A DNA stretch of 64,000 nucleotides from Alphaproteobacteria bacterium (GTDB lineage Bacteria > Pseudomonadota > Alphaproteobacteria > G965218375), in assembly GCA_965218375.1 (NCBI GenBank), contig OZ244618.1:1020705-1084704 (forward strand), written 5' to 3'. Positions 1 to 9,970 of the stretch are shown here, piece after piece. Under the pieces are notes generated by a model. The model saw nothing but the letters and a program-made list of their open reading frames with translations. It made no database searches and was not told the DNA's origin. A program made the translations under genes and the position numbers. The first letter of the stretch is position 1. Each line of letters opens with the position of its first letter.

Positions 1-379
1 AATTTAGAATCGAGAAATAATTATTATACGTAAGATATATATTAACCATATGCATATTTACATAATAAAACAAATATAATCTCTTATAATTGTATACATT
101 AGTGATTTTATCAATTCATTTGGATAATTTTTAGTTAAAAAATTGTAAAATTATTATAAATAAGCCTCACCATAGTGAGTAATTAAAACTTATAAGGTGT
201 TTTATTTTATTTTAATGTAAACCCAATTTTGGATAAACATTTCTGTACTACACAAAGAATTGCGCATATAAAAGCAAACAAGGCATACACTTTCAACACA
301 GGCGCATGTTCGACCACTGAGCCTGTATATCATTAAGAGCACTGATGAGGAGAAACCGTCTAGACAACCGTGACCAAAA

Positions 380-1264
380 TTATTCTACTAATTCATCACT
401 TGGCATCAAAATACGAATAGAATGAATACACCGAGGGTCTGCACTTAAGACAATCATCCGCAATCCAGAAGGGTGGATAATTTCCTCACCCCGAACTGGC
501 ACTCTCCCAGCAAGGTCGAGGAGCACACCCCCAATGGTATTAATATCTTCATCTACATCATCAGACATCAAACCTATATTCGTATAATTTTTCAAGTCCG
601 CCACCTCAAGCCGTGCATCAACGATTAGACTTCCATCTGGTTGAACACTCACTTCTGGCGTTGTTGTTCGATCTCGTACATCCTCAATCTCCCCTACAAT
701 CGCTTCGACCAAATCCTCAATAGTTAACAAACCGTCAACCCCACCATACTCATCCACAACCAGCACCAAGTGAATACCATTAGATTGTATCCGTATCAGC
801 AAATCGAGAATAGCAATGTTTGGGGGAACAAAAATAACTTCGCGGACGACTTCTTCAATATTGTGAGCGCCTGAATCGCCCCAAAACCTCATTAAGTCTT
901 TCATGTGCACCATTCCAAAGATATCGTCTAAGGACTCACGATATATGGGCAGTCGGCTAAAGCCGCTTTCTAAAAACTTATTGACTATTTGTTCGATTGT
1001 CATGTCCACAGACAGGGCAGCAATATCAGCTCGGGGCACCATAGCATGATGGGCCTCCTTATACTCAAGAGCTGCAAGATTACCAATTATTCGTTGTTTT
1101 TCAGGCTGAAGATGCGCAACAGCGTTATCTTTTCCATCCTCGCCATTAAGGAATTTTTTCCCCATCAAATAAGAAATTGTCCGAGGGATAAGCCCTAAAT
1201 TATTACATTTACTAGCTTGTAGTTCGTTACAAATACGAGAGTTCCCGTAAAATGAGTTTTTCAT
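380..1264 (-). CDS. corC: CorC/YbeX-family Mg/Co efflux-associated protein (CBS pair + CorC_HlyC domain)
   Basis: 294 aa with CBS-pair region and a C-terminal transporter-associated domain. Sits in the conserved miaB-phoH-ybeY-corC arrangement. Confidence 0.75.
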   Translation of the reverse strand: MKNSFYGNSRICNELQASKCNNLGLIPRTISYLMGKKFLNGEDGKDNAVAHLQPEKQRIIGNLAALEYKEAHHAMVPRADIAALSVDMTIEQIVNKFLESGFSRLPIYRESLDDIFGMVHMKDLMRFWGDSGAHNIEEVVREVIFVPPNIAILDLLIRIQSNGIHLVLVVDEYGGVDGLLTIEDLVEAIVGEIEDVRDRTTTPEVSVQPDGSLIVDARLEVADLKNYTNIGLMSDDVDEDINTIGGVLLDLAGRVPVRGEEIIHPSGLRMIVLSADPRCIHSIRILMPSDELVE

Positions 1265-1370
1265 CTTAGTTAATGAGAAGAATTATTACTAAACACCTTA
1301 TACCTAATATAAAAGAGATTTACACATGAACGAAATAAGATTAAGTAAATAACTTTATATACTCAAAATA

Positions 1371-1880
1371 CTAAACATACGGATCTTTTATATTAAGTCT
1401 GTCTAATATTATCTTCTCCAATCCTTCCATTTTATTTGCACTAATTTCATCAAAATGATCATAGCTGAACAAATGTAACACACCGTGCACTATCAAATGT
1501 ACCATATGATCACATACTTCTTTATTTTGGTCAAGCGCTTCTAGACAAACTGTCTCATAGGCAAGCACAACATCCCCATAGGAAATTTCTCCATCATCAA
1601 TAAAGTCATCGGCAAACGTCTCGTACGCAGGAAATGACAAAACATTTGTCGGCGCATCTTTATGCCTGTAGGCTTTATTTAAAGACTGAATGAAGTCGTT
1701 ATTTGATAAGACTAAAGAAATTTCTCCTGGCATAACTTCCAAAACCTTAGAGACCTCTCCTAAAGTCATATTAATAACCTGATGCAAATCTGGAACTGCG
1801 ACCAACCAACGGTCTTCTTTAACCAGCGTCAACGCATCTAACACGACCAAGTCCGACTCGCTATCAGCCTTCAATTTCAC
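1371..1880 (-). CDS. ybeY: rRNA maturation endoribonuclease YbeY
   Basis: 169 aa with the zinc motif HGVLHLFSYDH (H-x3-H-x5-H). Its 3' end overlaps the phoH start by 4 nt, the classic phoH-ybeY coupling. Confidence 0.9.
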   Translation of the reverse strand: MKLKADSESDLVVLDALTLVKEDRWLVAVPDLHQVINMTLGEVSKVLEVMPGEISLVLSNNDFIQSLNKAYRHKDAPTNVLSFPAYETFADDFIDDGEISYGDVVLAYETVCLEALDQNKEVCDHMVHLIVHGVLHLFSYDHFDEISANKMEGLEKIILDRLNIKDPYV

Positions 1881-2923
1881 GTTTTAATACTCGATTTCTG
1901 CTCAGAATTATCTCTCTTTTTACCGTACCGCTCATAGGCATCAACAATCTGCCCCACAAGATTATGACGCACAATATCCTTATTTGAAAAACGAATAAAC
2001 GCGCACGCTTGCAAATCTTGCAGAATATACGTCGCCTCTTTAAGTCCTGAAAGGGTTCCCTTAGGAAGATCCATCTGACTTAAGTCGCCATTAATGACCA
2101 TTTGCGACCCTTCACCAATACGCGTGAGCAACATCTTCATTTGTGCTGAAGACATGTTTTGCCCTTCATCAACGATAATCATGGCATTGGTTAAAGTACG
2201 TCCACGCATAAAAGCAATTGGCGCAATCTCAATTGCTCTCAATTCTATTTTCTTCTCAACCATCTCCACAGACATGTTGTCATATAGGGCATCGTATAAC
2301 GGTCGCAGGTATGGATCAATCTTCTCCCGCAGGTCACCCGGAAGAAACCCCAGGTTTTCTCCAGCCTCAACGGCGGGCCGACTTAGAATTACCCGATCAA
2401 TCTTCCCTGTCATTAACCTTTCAACGGCCAAAGCAACGGCCAAATAGGTTTTTCCTGTTCCAGCAGGCCCCAGCCCAAAGGTCAAGTCAAACTTACGCAT
2501 AGCCTGAATATATGAATTCTGCATAAGATTATAGGGACGAATTTGACGTTTTGGGGTAATAATTTTAACATCATCAGTGTTTTCTACCAGCCCTTTTTTA
2601 CTTTTCTCTTCTATATCCAAGACCATACTAATTGCTCCACTGACATCACGAGTCTCTAGAGGATGACCTTGTTGTAATCGACTATATAAATCATGAATAA
2701 CTTTGACAACCAAATCTGCATTTTCTTCAGACTGAACGGCAATGGCGACTTGGTTATAAACAACAGTGATTATCGCCTCGAAAGCATATTCAATTTGCTT
2801 AAGAAAACAGTCTGCTTCTCCAAATAATGTGCTCAGTAAATGGTAGTCACTAAAATTAATAACTCTGTTTGCAACGTGTGTCACTTCAGTGTGCCGATAT
2901 GAAGAAGAGGAAAGTTCTACCAC
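1877..2923 (-). CDS. phoH: PhoH-like ATPase (YbeZ)
   Basis: 348 aa with Walker A GPAGTGKTYLAVALA. Sits between miaB and ybeY. Confidence 0.85.
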   Translation of the reverse strand: MVELSSSSYRHTEVTHVANRVINFSDYHLLSTLFGEADCFLKQIEYAFEAIITVVYNQVAIAVQSEENADLVVKVIHDLYSRLQQGHPLETRDVSGAISMVLDIEEKSKKGLVENTDDVKIITPKRQIRPYNLMQNSYIQAMRKFDLTFGLGPAGTGKTYLAVALAVERLMTGKIDRVILSRPAVEAGENLGFLPGDLREKIDPYLRPLYDALYDNMSVEMVEKKIELRAIEIAPIAFMRGRTLTNAMIIVDEGQNMSSAQMKMLLTRIGEGSQMVINGDLSQMDLPKGTLSGLKEATYILQDLQACAFIRFSNKDIVRHNLVGQIVDAYERYGKKRDNSEQKSSIKT

Positions 2924-2992
2924 CAGATATTAACCTTAATACTATTACAGCGTGTCATAGAGATTATAACATAACTGAGAATAACTTTTAAG

Positions 2993-4438
2993 TTAAACTT
3001 GCAGACTATCCTCACAAGGATTTCTTAAATTAACATAATTATCCACAATACTGCCCTTCAAACTATACCTATTTAAGTCCGAAATATAAACGGGCACAAT
3101 CTTACCTAAATTTTGAGCAAGAGAGTCTTCAACATTTACCGCCTGCATATAAGGTGTACGCCCCACAACCTGGCCCTCAAAACGCCCTGGACGCTCAAGC
3201 AAGACTGGAAGTGTCTTTTCCAACATCGAAGAATTAAAAGAACTTTGTTGTTCACTTAAAAGAGTCTGCAAGTCTTGTAAACGAAGGTTCGCGACATCCG
3301 GATCAACGCGCATGCGTAAGTTTGCCGCCGGCGTCCCTGGACGCGCACTATACTTAAATGAGTACGCTTGAGAATACTGCACACGCCGGACTAAATCCAT
3401 GGTGTCCTCGAAATCCTCATCTGTTTCCCCTGGAAAACCAACGATAAAATCACCACTCAAGGCCAAATCGGGGCACTTCTCCCGCAGTTTATCTATGATA
3501 CGAAAGTAATGATCTCGCGTATGCTGCCTATTCATTGCGGCCAACACCTTGTTTGACCCAGACTGTACCGGCAAGTGCAAATATGGCATCATTTCTTTAC
3601 AGTGACCATGGGCATCAATTAAATCATCCGCCATATCCCGTGGGTGTGATGTCACGTACCGAATACGTTTGAGACCATTAATTTCCGCTAACTCCAGTAT
3701 CAACCGAGCGAGACTCCATGTCGACCCGTCAATGGCCTCACCATGGTAGGCATTTACATTCTGTCCCAAAAGAGTTATCTCACATACACCTTGAGAGACC
3801 AAACAGCGCGCTTCAGAGATTATTTGCGCAACAGGACGACTAAATTCGGCGCCACGGGTATAGGGAACCACACAAAAGGTACAAAACTTGTCGCACCCTT
3901 CCTGAACTGTCAAAAACGCAGAACACCCACCATCAGACTTTATATCTGGCAAGTGATCGAATTTATCTTCAACTGGAAAATCAACATTTAAAACATGGCC
4001 TGATTTATGGAGCGCTTTGGCAACCATCTCCGGCAGACAGTGATAGGTTTGAGGTCCAAAGACCATATCAACGAAGGGCATTTTGCGCATAATCTCTGCG
4101 CCTTGTGCCTGAGCAACGCACCCAGCCACTGCAACCAGCATACGCCCTCCATTATTTCTTTTTTTATCTTGATAGGGACGAATACGCCCAAGCTCAGAAA
4201 AAACTTTACACTCGGCATTCTCACGTATATGGCAGGTATTTAAAATAACAAGATCTGCATTTTCAAAACTATCAACCTCTTTATATCCCAAAGGAGACAT
4301 GATCCCTATCATTCGTTTACTGTCGTAAACATTCATCTGGCATCCATAGGTTTTGACGTATATCCCCTTAGACTCCCCAATATTATTACTCAATATTTGA
4401 TCTTGTGATCCATACTCATTAGCTAAAAGTTGAGACAT
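2993..4438 (-). CDS. miaB: tRNA-2-methylthio-N6-dimethylallyladenosine synthase (radical SAM methylthiotransferase)
   Basis: 481 aa with an N-terminal MTTase cysteine cluster (YGCQMN...C...C). Radical-SAM CxxxCxxC (CDKFCTFC) and a TRAM-like C-terminus. Confidence 0.9.
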   Translation of the reverse strand: MSQLLANEYGSQDQILSNNIGESKGIYVKTYGCQMNVYDSKRMIGIMSPLGYKEVDSFENADLVILNTCHIRENAECKVFSELGRIRPYQDKKRNNGGRMLVAVAGCVAQAQGAEIMRKMPFVDMVFGPQTYHCLPEMVAKALHKSGHVLNVDFPVEDKFDHLPDIKSDGGCSAFLTVQEGCDKFCTFCVVPYTRGAEFSRPVAQIISEARCLVSQGVCEITLLGQNVNAYHGEAIDGSTWSLARLILELAEINGLKRIRYVTSHPRDMADDLIDAHGHCKEMMPYLHLPVQSGSNKVLAAMNRQHTRDHYFRIIDKLREKCPDLALSGDFIVGFPGETDEDFEDTMDLVRRVQYSQAYSFKYSARPGTPAANLRMRVDPDVANLRLQDLQTLLSEQQSSFNSSMLEKTLPVLLERPGRFEGQVVGRTPYMQAVNVEDSLAQNLGKIVPVYISDLNRYSLKGSIVDNYVNLRNPCEDSLQV

Positions 4439-4548
4439 TTATTTATTCACTTAATACCACGTAGAAACACTCAAGACGACCTCTGTAAACAATTTACAGT
4501 TTATATCTCTACCAACAAAAATTCACCGAAAGAAAATAAACTTATTTT

Positions 4549-5004
4549 CTATTCTTCTGCTGATTTATTATCGCTGTCAAGAGGGACGCCAAAAAGTTCT
4601 AAACGGTAGTCTATCAACTTATACCCACACCTTAGAGCAATTTCCTTTTTCAAACGATCTAACTCTTCATCAGCGAACTCAATAACTTTACCGCTTTTCA
4701 GGTCAATTAAGTGATCGTGGTGGCTATCTCGGGCAATCTCGTATCGCGAACGACCATCGCGAAAATCATGGCTTTCCAAAATATTCGCTTCTTTAAATAA
4801 ACGAATCGTCCGATAAACTGTTGCAATAGAAATATTGTTATCAATTTCTAATGAACGCCGATAAACCGCCTCAACATCAGGATGATCTGTTGATACGGAC
4901 AAGACATGGGCGACAACGCGCCTTTGGTCCGTCATCTTCATCCCTTTTTCTAAACATTTCTTTTCAATCAACGATAAACCTTCACCCATACTACTCAACC
5001 TCAC
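4549..5004 (-). CDS. fur: Fur-family metalloregulator (Fur/Mur)
   Basis: 151 aa with a winged-helix N-terminus (MTDQRRVVAHVL) and the HHDH metal-site motif. The true start may be an internal Met at residue 6, 22 or 24. Confidence 0.8.
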   Translation of the reverse strand: MRLSSMGEGLSLIEKKCLEKGMKMTDQRRVVAHVLSVSTDHPDVEAVYRRSLEIDNNISIATVYRTIRLFKEANILESHDFRDGRSRYEIARDSHHDHLIDLKSGKVIEFADEELDRLKKEIALRCGYKLIDYRLELFGVPLDSDNKSAEE

Positions 5005-5191
5005 TATATAAAAATATTCTTAATTATTAACAAAAATTTCCATTCCTCAAAAAAACGTCTTAAACCCCATTACTTTTGAGGAAGGGGATAAACAAAATTT
5101 AAACAATAGGAAACTTTTAACTATAAACCTTAAAGAAGATACACATTACCATAATAATACGCGCCGTCTGGCTATGACAAATAATATTTTT

Positions 5192-5605
5192 TTATTTACC
5201 ATCCTTTTTCACGCCCAGACCAATCTTCTTTGCCAAATCCGACCGACGTGCAGCATAACTCGGCGCCACCATAGGATAGTCTACGGCCAAGCCCCACTTA
5301 TCACGGTATTCGTCAGGGGTCATATTATAATTAGTTTTTAAATGACGCTTTAGCATTTTTAATTTTTTACCATCTTCCAAACATATAAGATAATCTGGAG
5401 TAACTGACCTTTTAACAGAAATAGCGGGGCGTTGCCTAGAGTACCCTACATCTTCGGGAGTTTTAACCAAGCTATTTAATGTTTCATAAACATCTTTTAA
5501 CAACTGAGGCAAATCTGACATGTTTACTTTATTGTTTGATAAATGCGAGGAAACAACATTCGCTGTTAATGTTAAGAGACCTGCTGCATCAATTTTTTCA
5601 GACAT
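5192..5605 (-). CDS. mucR: MucR/Ros-family zinc-finger transcriptional regulator (H-NS-like silencer of alphaproteobacteria)
   Basis: 137 aa. C-terminal Ros/MucR signature: DYLICLEDGKKLKMLKRHL...MTPDEYRDKWGL..DYPMVAPSYAARRS. Size and family are typical. Confidence 0.8.
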   Translation of the reverse strand: MSEKIDAAGLLTLTANVVSSHLSNNKVNMSDLPQLLKDVYETLNSLVKTPEDVGYSRQRPAISVKRSVTPDYLICLEDGKKLKMLKRHLKTNYNMTPDEYRDKWGLAVDYPMVAPSYAARRSDLAKKIGLGVKKDGK

Positions 5606-5749
5606 AATTTATGTTTCCCAACCTACATCATAATAACTATTAATAAAAAATTAAACTCACTTCTATATCCCAATGACCCCCACGATTAAAACTCATTGCC
5701 CCATCACCTTCAAAGCGACTACTTAAAAAAATAAAACAGACCCTAAAAA

Positions 5750-5783
5750 ATCAACGCCCCCACAATATCAACGCCCCCACAAT
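5750..5783. repeat. Perfect tandem direct repeat, 2 x 17 bp (atcaacgcccccacaat), GC-rich island in an AT-rich spacer
   Basis: Read directly: ...aaaaaa|atcaacgcccccacaat|atcaacgcccccacaat|gggg. Lies about 145 bp upstream of the mucR start on the opposite strand. Confidence 0.9.
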
Positions 5784-6334
5784 GGGGAGAAATTATATTC
5801 AATCTAACTAATGACTCATTAAATATTAGAGTGTAATAAAAAAACGACGAACCTATTTCAAAACCAGCTACACTAATAATATTAAAAGTTCAATAAGTAA
5901 TTTTATTTTTTAAATAAAAAAACAAAATTACGGTTCACATAAATTATATTTTAAATAAAAAAACTATATTTCAAAGTAAAAAACCCAGTTAAAGTAAAAT
6001 TAATAAATAAAATCATAAGAAAAAACGTAACTACTTTATGATGTCACACAAAAAAGTCCACAACAACAAAAATCACAATTATGAGGTTTATGGCTCTTTC
6101 CACCAATTCTACACTTAAATTTAGATTATTCCTGCTGCAGCTATGTGAAGAAAATAGAGAAAACTTAAATATCCCAAAAATATTTTACACCTCACAAAAA
6201 AACTATTCTCAAGGATCCAAAAACCAGATATATAATATAGATCTTGATTTTTTAAGCTGCCAATTGTAAGTATATAAGGCTTAATTGTATTATATAATTT
6301 CTTTAGAAAATGGAAAATATTTACTGAAAATACG

Positions 6335-7267
6335 ATGATAGAAGTAAAAAATTTAACAAAAAATTTCGGTTCAATAGTTGCGGTTAATCAGATTAACCTC
6401 CAAGTAGAACGCGGGACAGTTTTAGGGTTTCTCGGTCCAAACGGGGCAGGCAAGTCCACAGCTATGAAGATGATAACAGGCTTTATGCGCCCTGATAAAG
6501 GGGACATTAGCATCTGCGGTTTTGACATGGCCAAAACGCCCCTAGATGCCAAAAAACATATTGGATATTTGCCTGAGGGTTCTCCTTTGTATGGGGACAT
6601 GACACCCAGAAAGTTTCTTAAATTTATTGCAGACGTCCGCCATATGTCCAAGGACATATTTGAGGAGAGATTCGCGTATGTAGTTGAAAAAATCGCAATT
6701 TCCTCCGTACTCGACCAACGAATTGATACCCTTTCCAAAGGTTTTAAACGGCGTATTGGCTTAGCACAAGCGGTTTTACATGACCCGAAAGTTCTTATTC
6801 TTGATGAGCCTACCGATGGACTGGACCCCAATCAAAAGCGTCTTGTTCGTGGCCTAATAAAAAATATCGCTGCTGAAAAATCAATTATTATATCGACACA
6901 TATTCTCGAAGAAGTTGACGCCTTGTGTACCCGTGCTGTCATCATTAATCGCGGAAACATTGTGATTGATAGCACGCCCCAAAAACTTTTAAGTTTATCT
7001 GCACGCGCTGGCGCTGTGGTCATTGAAGTTGAAGGGCCAGAAGAAGTCTCACGGGTGCTTGAAGGTTTACCCTCTGTCAACAAAGTGGAAGCCTCACCTA
7101 CTCAGGCGCGCACTATAACCGTATATCCCCACGCTCGAGACCATGATCTCTTACCAGTAATCACTGGTATTGCACAAGAGCATAAGTGGCAGATCTATAG
7201 TATGTACCTAGAAAAAGGGCGACTTGACGATGTATTCTATGACATGACACAGGGAGAAGTTGCATAA
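6335..7267 (+). CDS. ABC transporter ATP-binding protein (GldA-like)
   Basis: 310 aa with Walker A GPNGAGKST, ABC signature LSKGFKRR and Walker B LILDEPT. Its stop overlaps the start of the downstream permease (ATAATG). Confidence 0.85.
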   Translation: MIEVKNLTKNFGSIVAVNQINLQVERGTVLGFLGPNGAGKSTAMKMITGFMRPDKGDISICGFDMAKTPLDAKKHIGYLPEGSPLYGDMTPRKFLKFIADVRHMSKDIFEERFAYVVEKIAISSVLDQRIDTLSKGFKRRIGLAQAVLHDPKVLILDEPTDGLDPNQKRLVRGLIKNIAAEKSIIISTHILEEVDALCTRAVIINRGNIVIDSTPQKLLSLSARAGAVVIEVEGPEEVSRVLEGLPSVNKVEASPTQARTITVYPHARDHDLLPVITGIAQEHKWQIYSMYLEKGRLDDVFYDMTQGEVA

Positions 7268-8013
7268 TGTCCCCTTTATTTCGCAGTACGCTTACAGTTT
7301 GTCGCTATGAGTTTATGGGATATTTTATCACGCCCATAGCTCTTGTTCTTGCTGTCATTTTTTTACTTATTTCTGGGCTATTGACATTCTACGTTGGCAA
7401 CTTCCTTGAAAGAGATCAAGCCGACTTAAATATATTTTTCAATTTTGTTCCGTGGCTGTTTTTATTTCTCATTCCTGCCATTGGTATGCGACTTTGGTCA
7501 GAAGAGCGGCGTTCTGGCTCAATAGAGCTTCTTCTAACGCTGCCGATTCCCCTTGCCGGCGCTGTCCTGGGTAAGTTCTTTGCGGCCTGGCTTCTAATTG
7601 GACTTATTCTCGTATTGACATTTCCCCTTTGGATCACAGTTAATTACCTTGGAACGCCAGATAACGGCGTTATTGCTGCTGGATATATTGGCGTTTGGTT
7701 GATGGCAGGGGCGTATCTGTCTGTCACGTCATCTCTTTCTGGTATCAGTAAAAATCAAATTATTTCTTTCGTTATATCTATTGCAGTTTGTTTCTTGTTT
7801 ACCATTAGTGGAACAACCATTGTCCTTAACTTCTTTACCGCATTAGATATGCCGTGGCTTGTAAATGCTGTCTCTAATACCAGTTTCTTAACGCACTTTA
7901 ATTCCATTTCCAGAGGCGTTCTTGATATTCGGGATATTATATTTTTTGTATCAATAAGCGCTTTATGGTTATTTATTAGCTGCATCATCATTGAACATTA
8001 TAAAGAAAAGTAG
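7267..8013 (+). CDS. ABC-2 family permease (GldF-like)
   Basis: 248 aa polytopic membrane protein with about six TM segments. Translationally coupled to the ATPase upstream. Confidence 0.7.
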   Translation: MSPLFRSTLTVCRYEFMGYFITPIALVLAVIFLLISGLLTFYVGNFLERDQADLNIFFNFVPWLFLFLIPAIGMRLWSEERRSGSIELLLTLPIPLAGAVLGKFFAAWLLIGLILVLTFPLWITVNYLGTPDNGVIAAGYIGVWLMAGAYLSVTSSLSGISKNQIISFVISIAVCFLFTISGTTIVLNFFTALDMPWLVNAVSNTSFLTHFNSISRGVLDIRDIIFFVSISALWLFISCIIIEHYKEK

Positions 8014-9970
8014 AAGGGATAATAAAGTTTTCGATATGCACAAACCTTTAACAAGTTGGAGCGCCATTTTATTATCGACGATTCTGTTTTTTAGCGTTAA
8101 TATTATTGCTTACTCCCTGTTCCGTAATACAAATATTGACCTTACGGAAGACAAAATATTTACCGTATCTGAAGGTACGAAATCAATAATTGGGAAACTA
8201 GAAGATCCAACGCGACTTGAATTTTTCTTCTCAGAAAATCTTTTAGGCCAAGCGCCGCAATTGCTTAAATATGGGAATCGTATTAAAGACTTGCTGTTGA
8301 CCTATGAAGCCCTGTCCGAAGGGATGATTGAATTGACAATTATTGACCCAGAGCCTTTTTCCCAAGATGAAGATCGGGCACTAGCATATGGGATTCAAGC
8401 TCTTACCCTCAACCAATTAGGGGAAAAAGCATATTTTGGACTTGCGGGCAGCAACTTGACAGGTGGGCGTGATAAGATTCCCTTTTTCCAATTGAACAAA
8501 AAGAACTTCCTTGAATACGACCTCACTCGCTTCATTCAAAAGCTGACAGTCAGTGACAAACCAGTTATTGGGATCATGTCTGATTTGGCTTTAAATGGCA
8601 TCGAGCTCCCCCCACAAATGCAGAAACAAAATATTCCCCCTTGGGAAATTATGAACCAGCTTTCCGCCGCTTTTGAGATGCGTTCGGTCAGTACGGATAC
8701 CTCTGAAATTGACGGGAGTATTCGTGTGCTCGTTCTGATTCACCCGACAATGCTCTCAGAAAAAACTTTATACGCCATTGATCAATTTGTCATGAACGGT
8801 GGGCGCTTAATTGCTTTCGTTGACCCTTATAGTGAGTACCTTGAAGGGTACGGTCAAATTATCGCCATGCAAACGGGAAAGCAGCTGAGTACATCCTCTG
8901 ACATATCACGACTTTTTGACGCCTACGGTATTATCACCGCAAAGGATGTCTTTGTAGGGGACCTTGATCGGGCCTACCCGCTTGCTGTGAACACAAAAGA
9001 CCCCAATAAGGCTGGGTACTCCGTTGAGTATTTACCATGGCAAAATATTCGCATGCCGCAGATATCAAAAGATAATGTCGCCGTTGCCACATTAGATAAT
9101 CTTAATATTGGATCTGCAGGTTTTGTCGATGTCAGCGAGACCTCATCCTTGACCCTAAGTCGCTTGTTCTGGACAACCCCAAACACGAAACTCTTGGCCA
9201 CATCTCAGCTCCAAGGGCTTGATGACCACACCCTTTTACTTAAGGACTTCCAAGCATCAAATACCGAATATGTGATTGCGGCAAGTTTAAGCGGTCCATT
9301 AACCAGCGCCTTCGATGGGCCTCCTCCCGTACTCTCAGAAACGGGTAAGGGCGGCGATACAGCATCACCCCAAATACGCCCGCACAAGGCCCAAAGCACG
9401 GAGCCTGCGAATATTGTGGTCGTAGCTGATAGTGACATACTTTATGATTCTTTCTGGGCACAAAAACAAAATATACTCGGATCGACTATTGTAATTCCTT
9501 TTGCCAATAACTTTGATTTCCTGATTAACACCATTGAATACATGGTCGGCAGTAATGAGCTTATCGGATTGCGGGGGCGCGGCGTTACCAAACGAACCTT
9601 TACAAAAATTGAAAAAATGCGCAGTGATGCTGCACTTCAATTTCAAGCCCAAGAAAATGCAATGGAACAAAAGCTCCAGCAACTTCAAGCGCAATTTGAC
9701 GCGCTCTTACGTGAAAAAAATGACACAACTAAGATAATTACTGAGCAGCAGCTAGAAATGCAAAATAAAGCCCGTGATGAACTTATCTCCACCAGAATGG
9801 CTCTTAGAAAAGTTCAACTCAACTTTAACCGAGACATTAATACCCTTAAGTCTTGGATTAAATTGATTAACATTGCCGCAATTCCTCTGCTCTTATTGTT
9901 AGGTACCTGTGGTATCTTCGTCCTTGCGCGTTATCGTGACCGCTCTCGTAAAAAGTCGTTAGTAGCATGA
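7991..9970 (+). CDS. GldG-like auxiliary component of an uncharacterised ABC transport system
   Basis: 659 aa with one N-terminal TM, a large periplasmic region, a coiled-coil and a C-terminal TM (AAIPLLLLLGTCGIFVLA). This is the typical GldG architecture. An alternative start is the Met at 8036. Confidence 0.6.
   Translation: MNIIKKSRRDNKVFDMHKPLTSWSAILLSTILFFSVNIIAYSLFRNTNIDLTEDKIFTVSEGTKSIIGKLEDPTRLEFFFSENLLGQAPQLLKYGNRIKDLLLTYEALSEGMIELTIIDPEPFSQDEDRALAYGIQALTLNQLGEKAYFGLAGSNLTGGRDKIPFFQLNKKNFLEYDLTRFIQKLTVSDKPVIGIMSDLALNGIELPPQMQKQNIPPWEIMNQLSAAFEMRSVSTDTSEIDGSIRVLVLIHPTMLSEKTLYAIDQFVMNGGRLIAFVDPYSEYLEGYGQIIAMQTGKQLSTSSDISRLFDAYGIITAKDVFVGDLDRAYPLAVNTKDPNKAGYSVEYLPWQNIRMPQISKDNVAVATLDNLNIGSAGFVDVSETSSLTLSRLFWTTPNTKLLATSQLQGLDDHTLLLKDFQASNTEYVIAASLSGPLTSAFDGPPPVLSETGKGGDTASPQIRPHKAQSTEPANIVVVADSDILYDSFWAQKQNILGSTIVIPFANNFDFLINTIEYMVGSNELIGLRGRGVTKRTFTKIEKMRSDAALQFQAQENAMEQKLQQLQAQFDALLREKNDTTKIITEQQLEMQNKARDELISTRMALRKVQLNFNRDINTLKSWIKLINIAAIPLLLLLGTCGIFVLARYRDRSRKKSLVA

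Noticed and set aside
1-379. Expected lnt gene downstream of corC (miaB-ybeZ-ybeY-ybeX-lnt order)
   Set aside because: Only 379 nt of AT-rich non-coding sequence are available before the window edge. Presence or absence of lnt cannot be judged.
5005-5191. Possible Fur box in the fur promoter (ttaataattaagaatatt)
   Set aside because: Only about 9-10/16 matches to the GATAATGATAATCATTATC consensus in an AT-rich background. This is not distinguishable from chance without a proper PWM scan.
6081-6269. 62-aa ORF in the mucR-ABC spacer
   Set aside because: It lies in a very AT-rich, homopolymer-rich stretch. The translation is low-complexity and no RBS is evident.
9205-9694. Minus-strand ORFs nested in the gldG-like gene
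   Set aside because: They are antisense to a well-supported long CDS and have no motifs.
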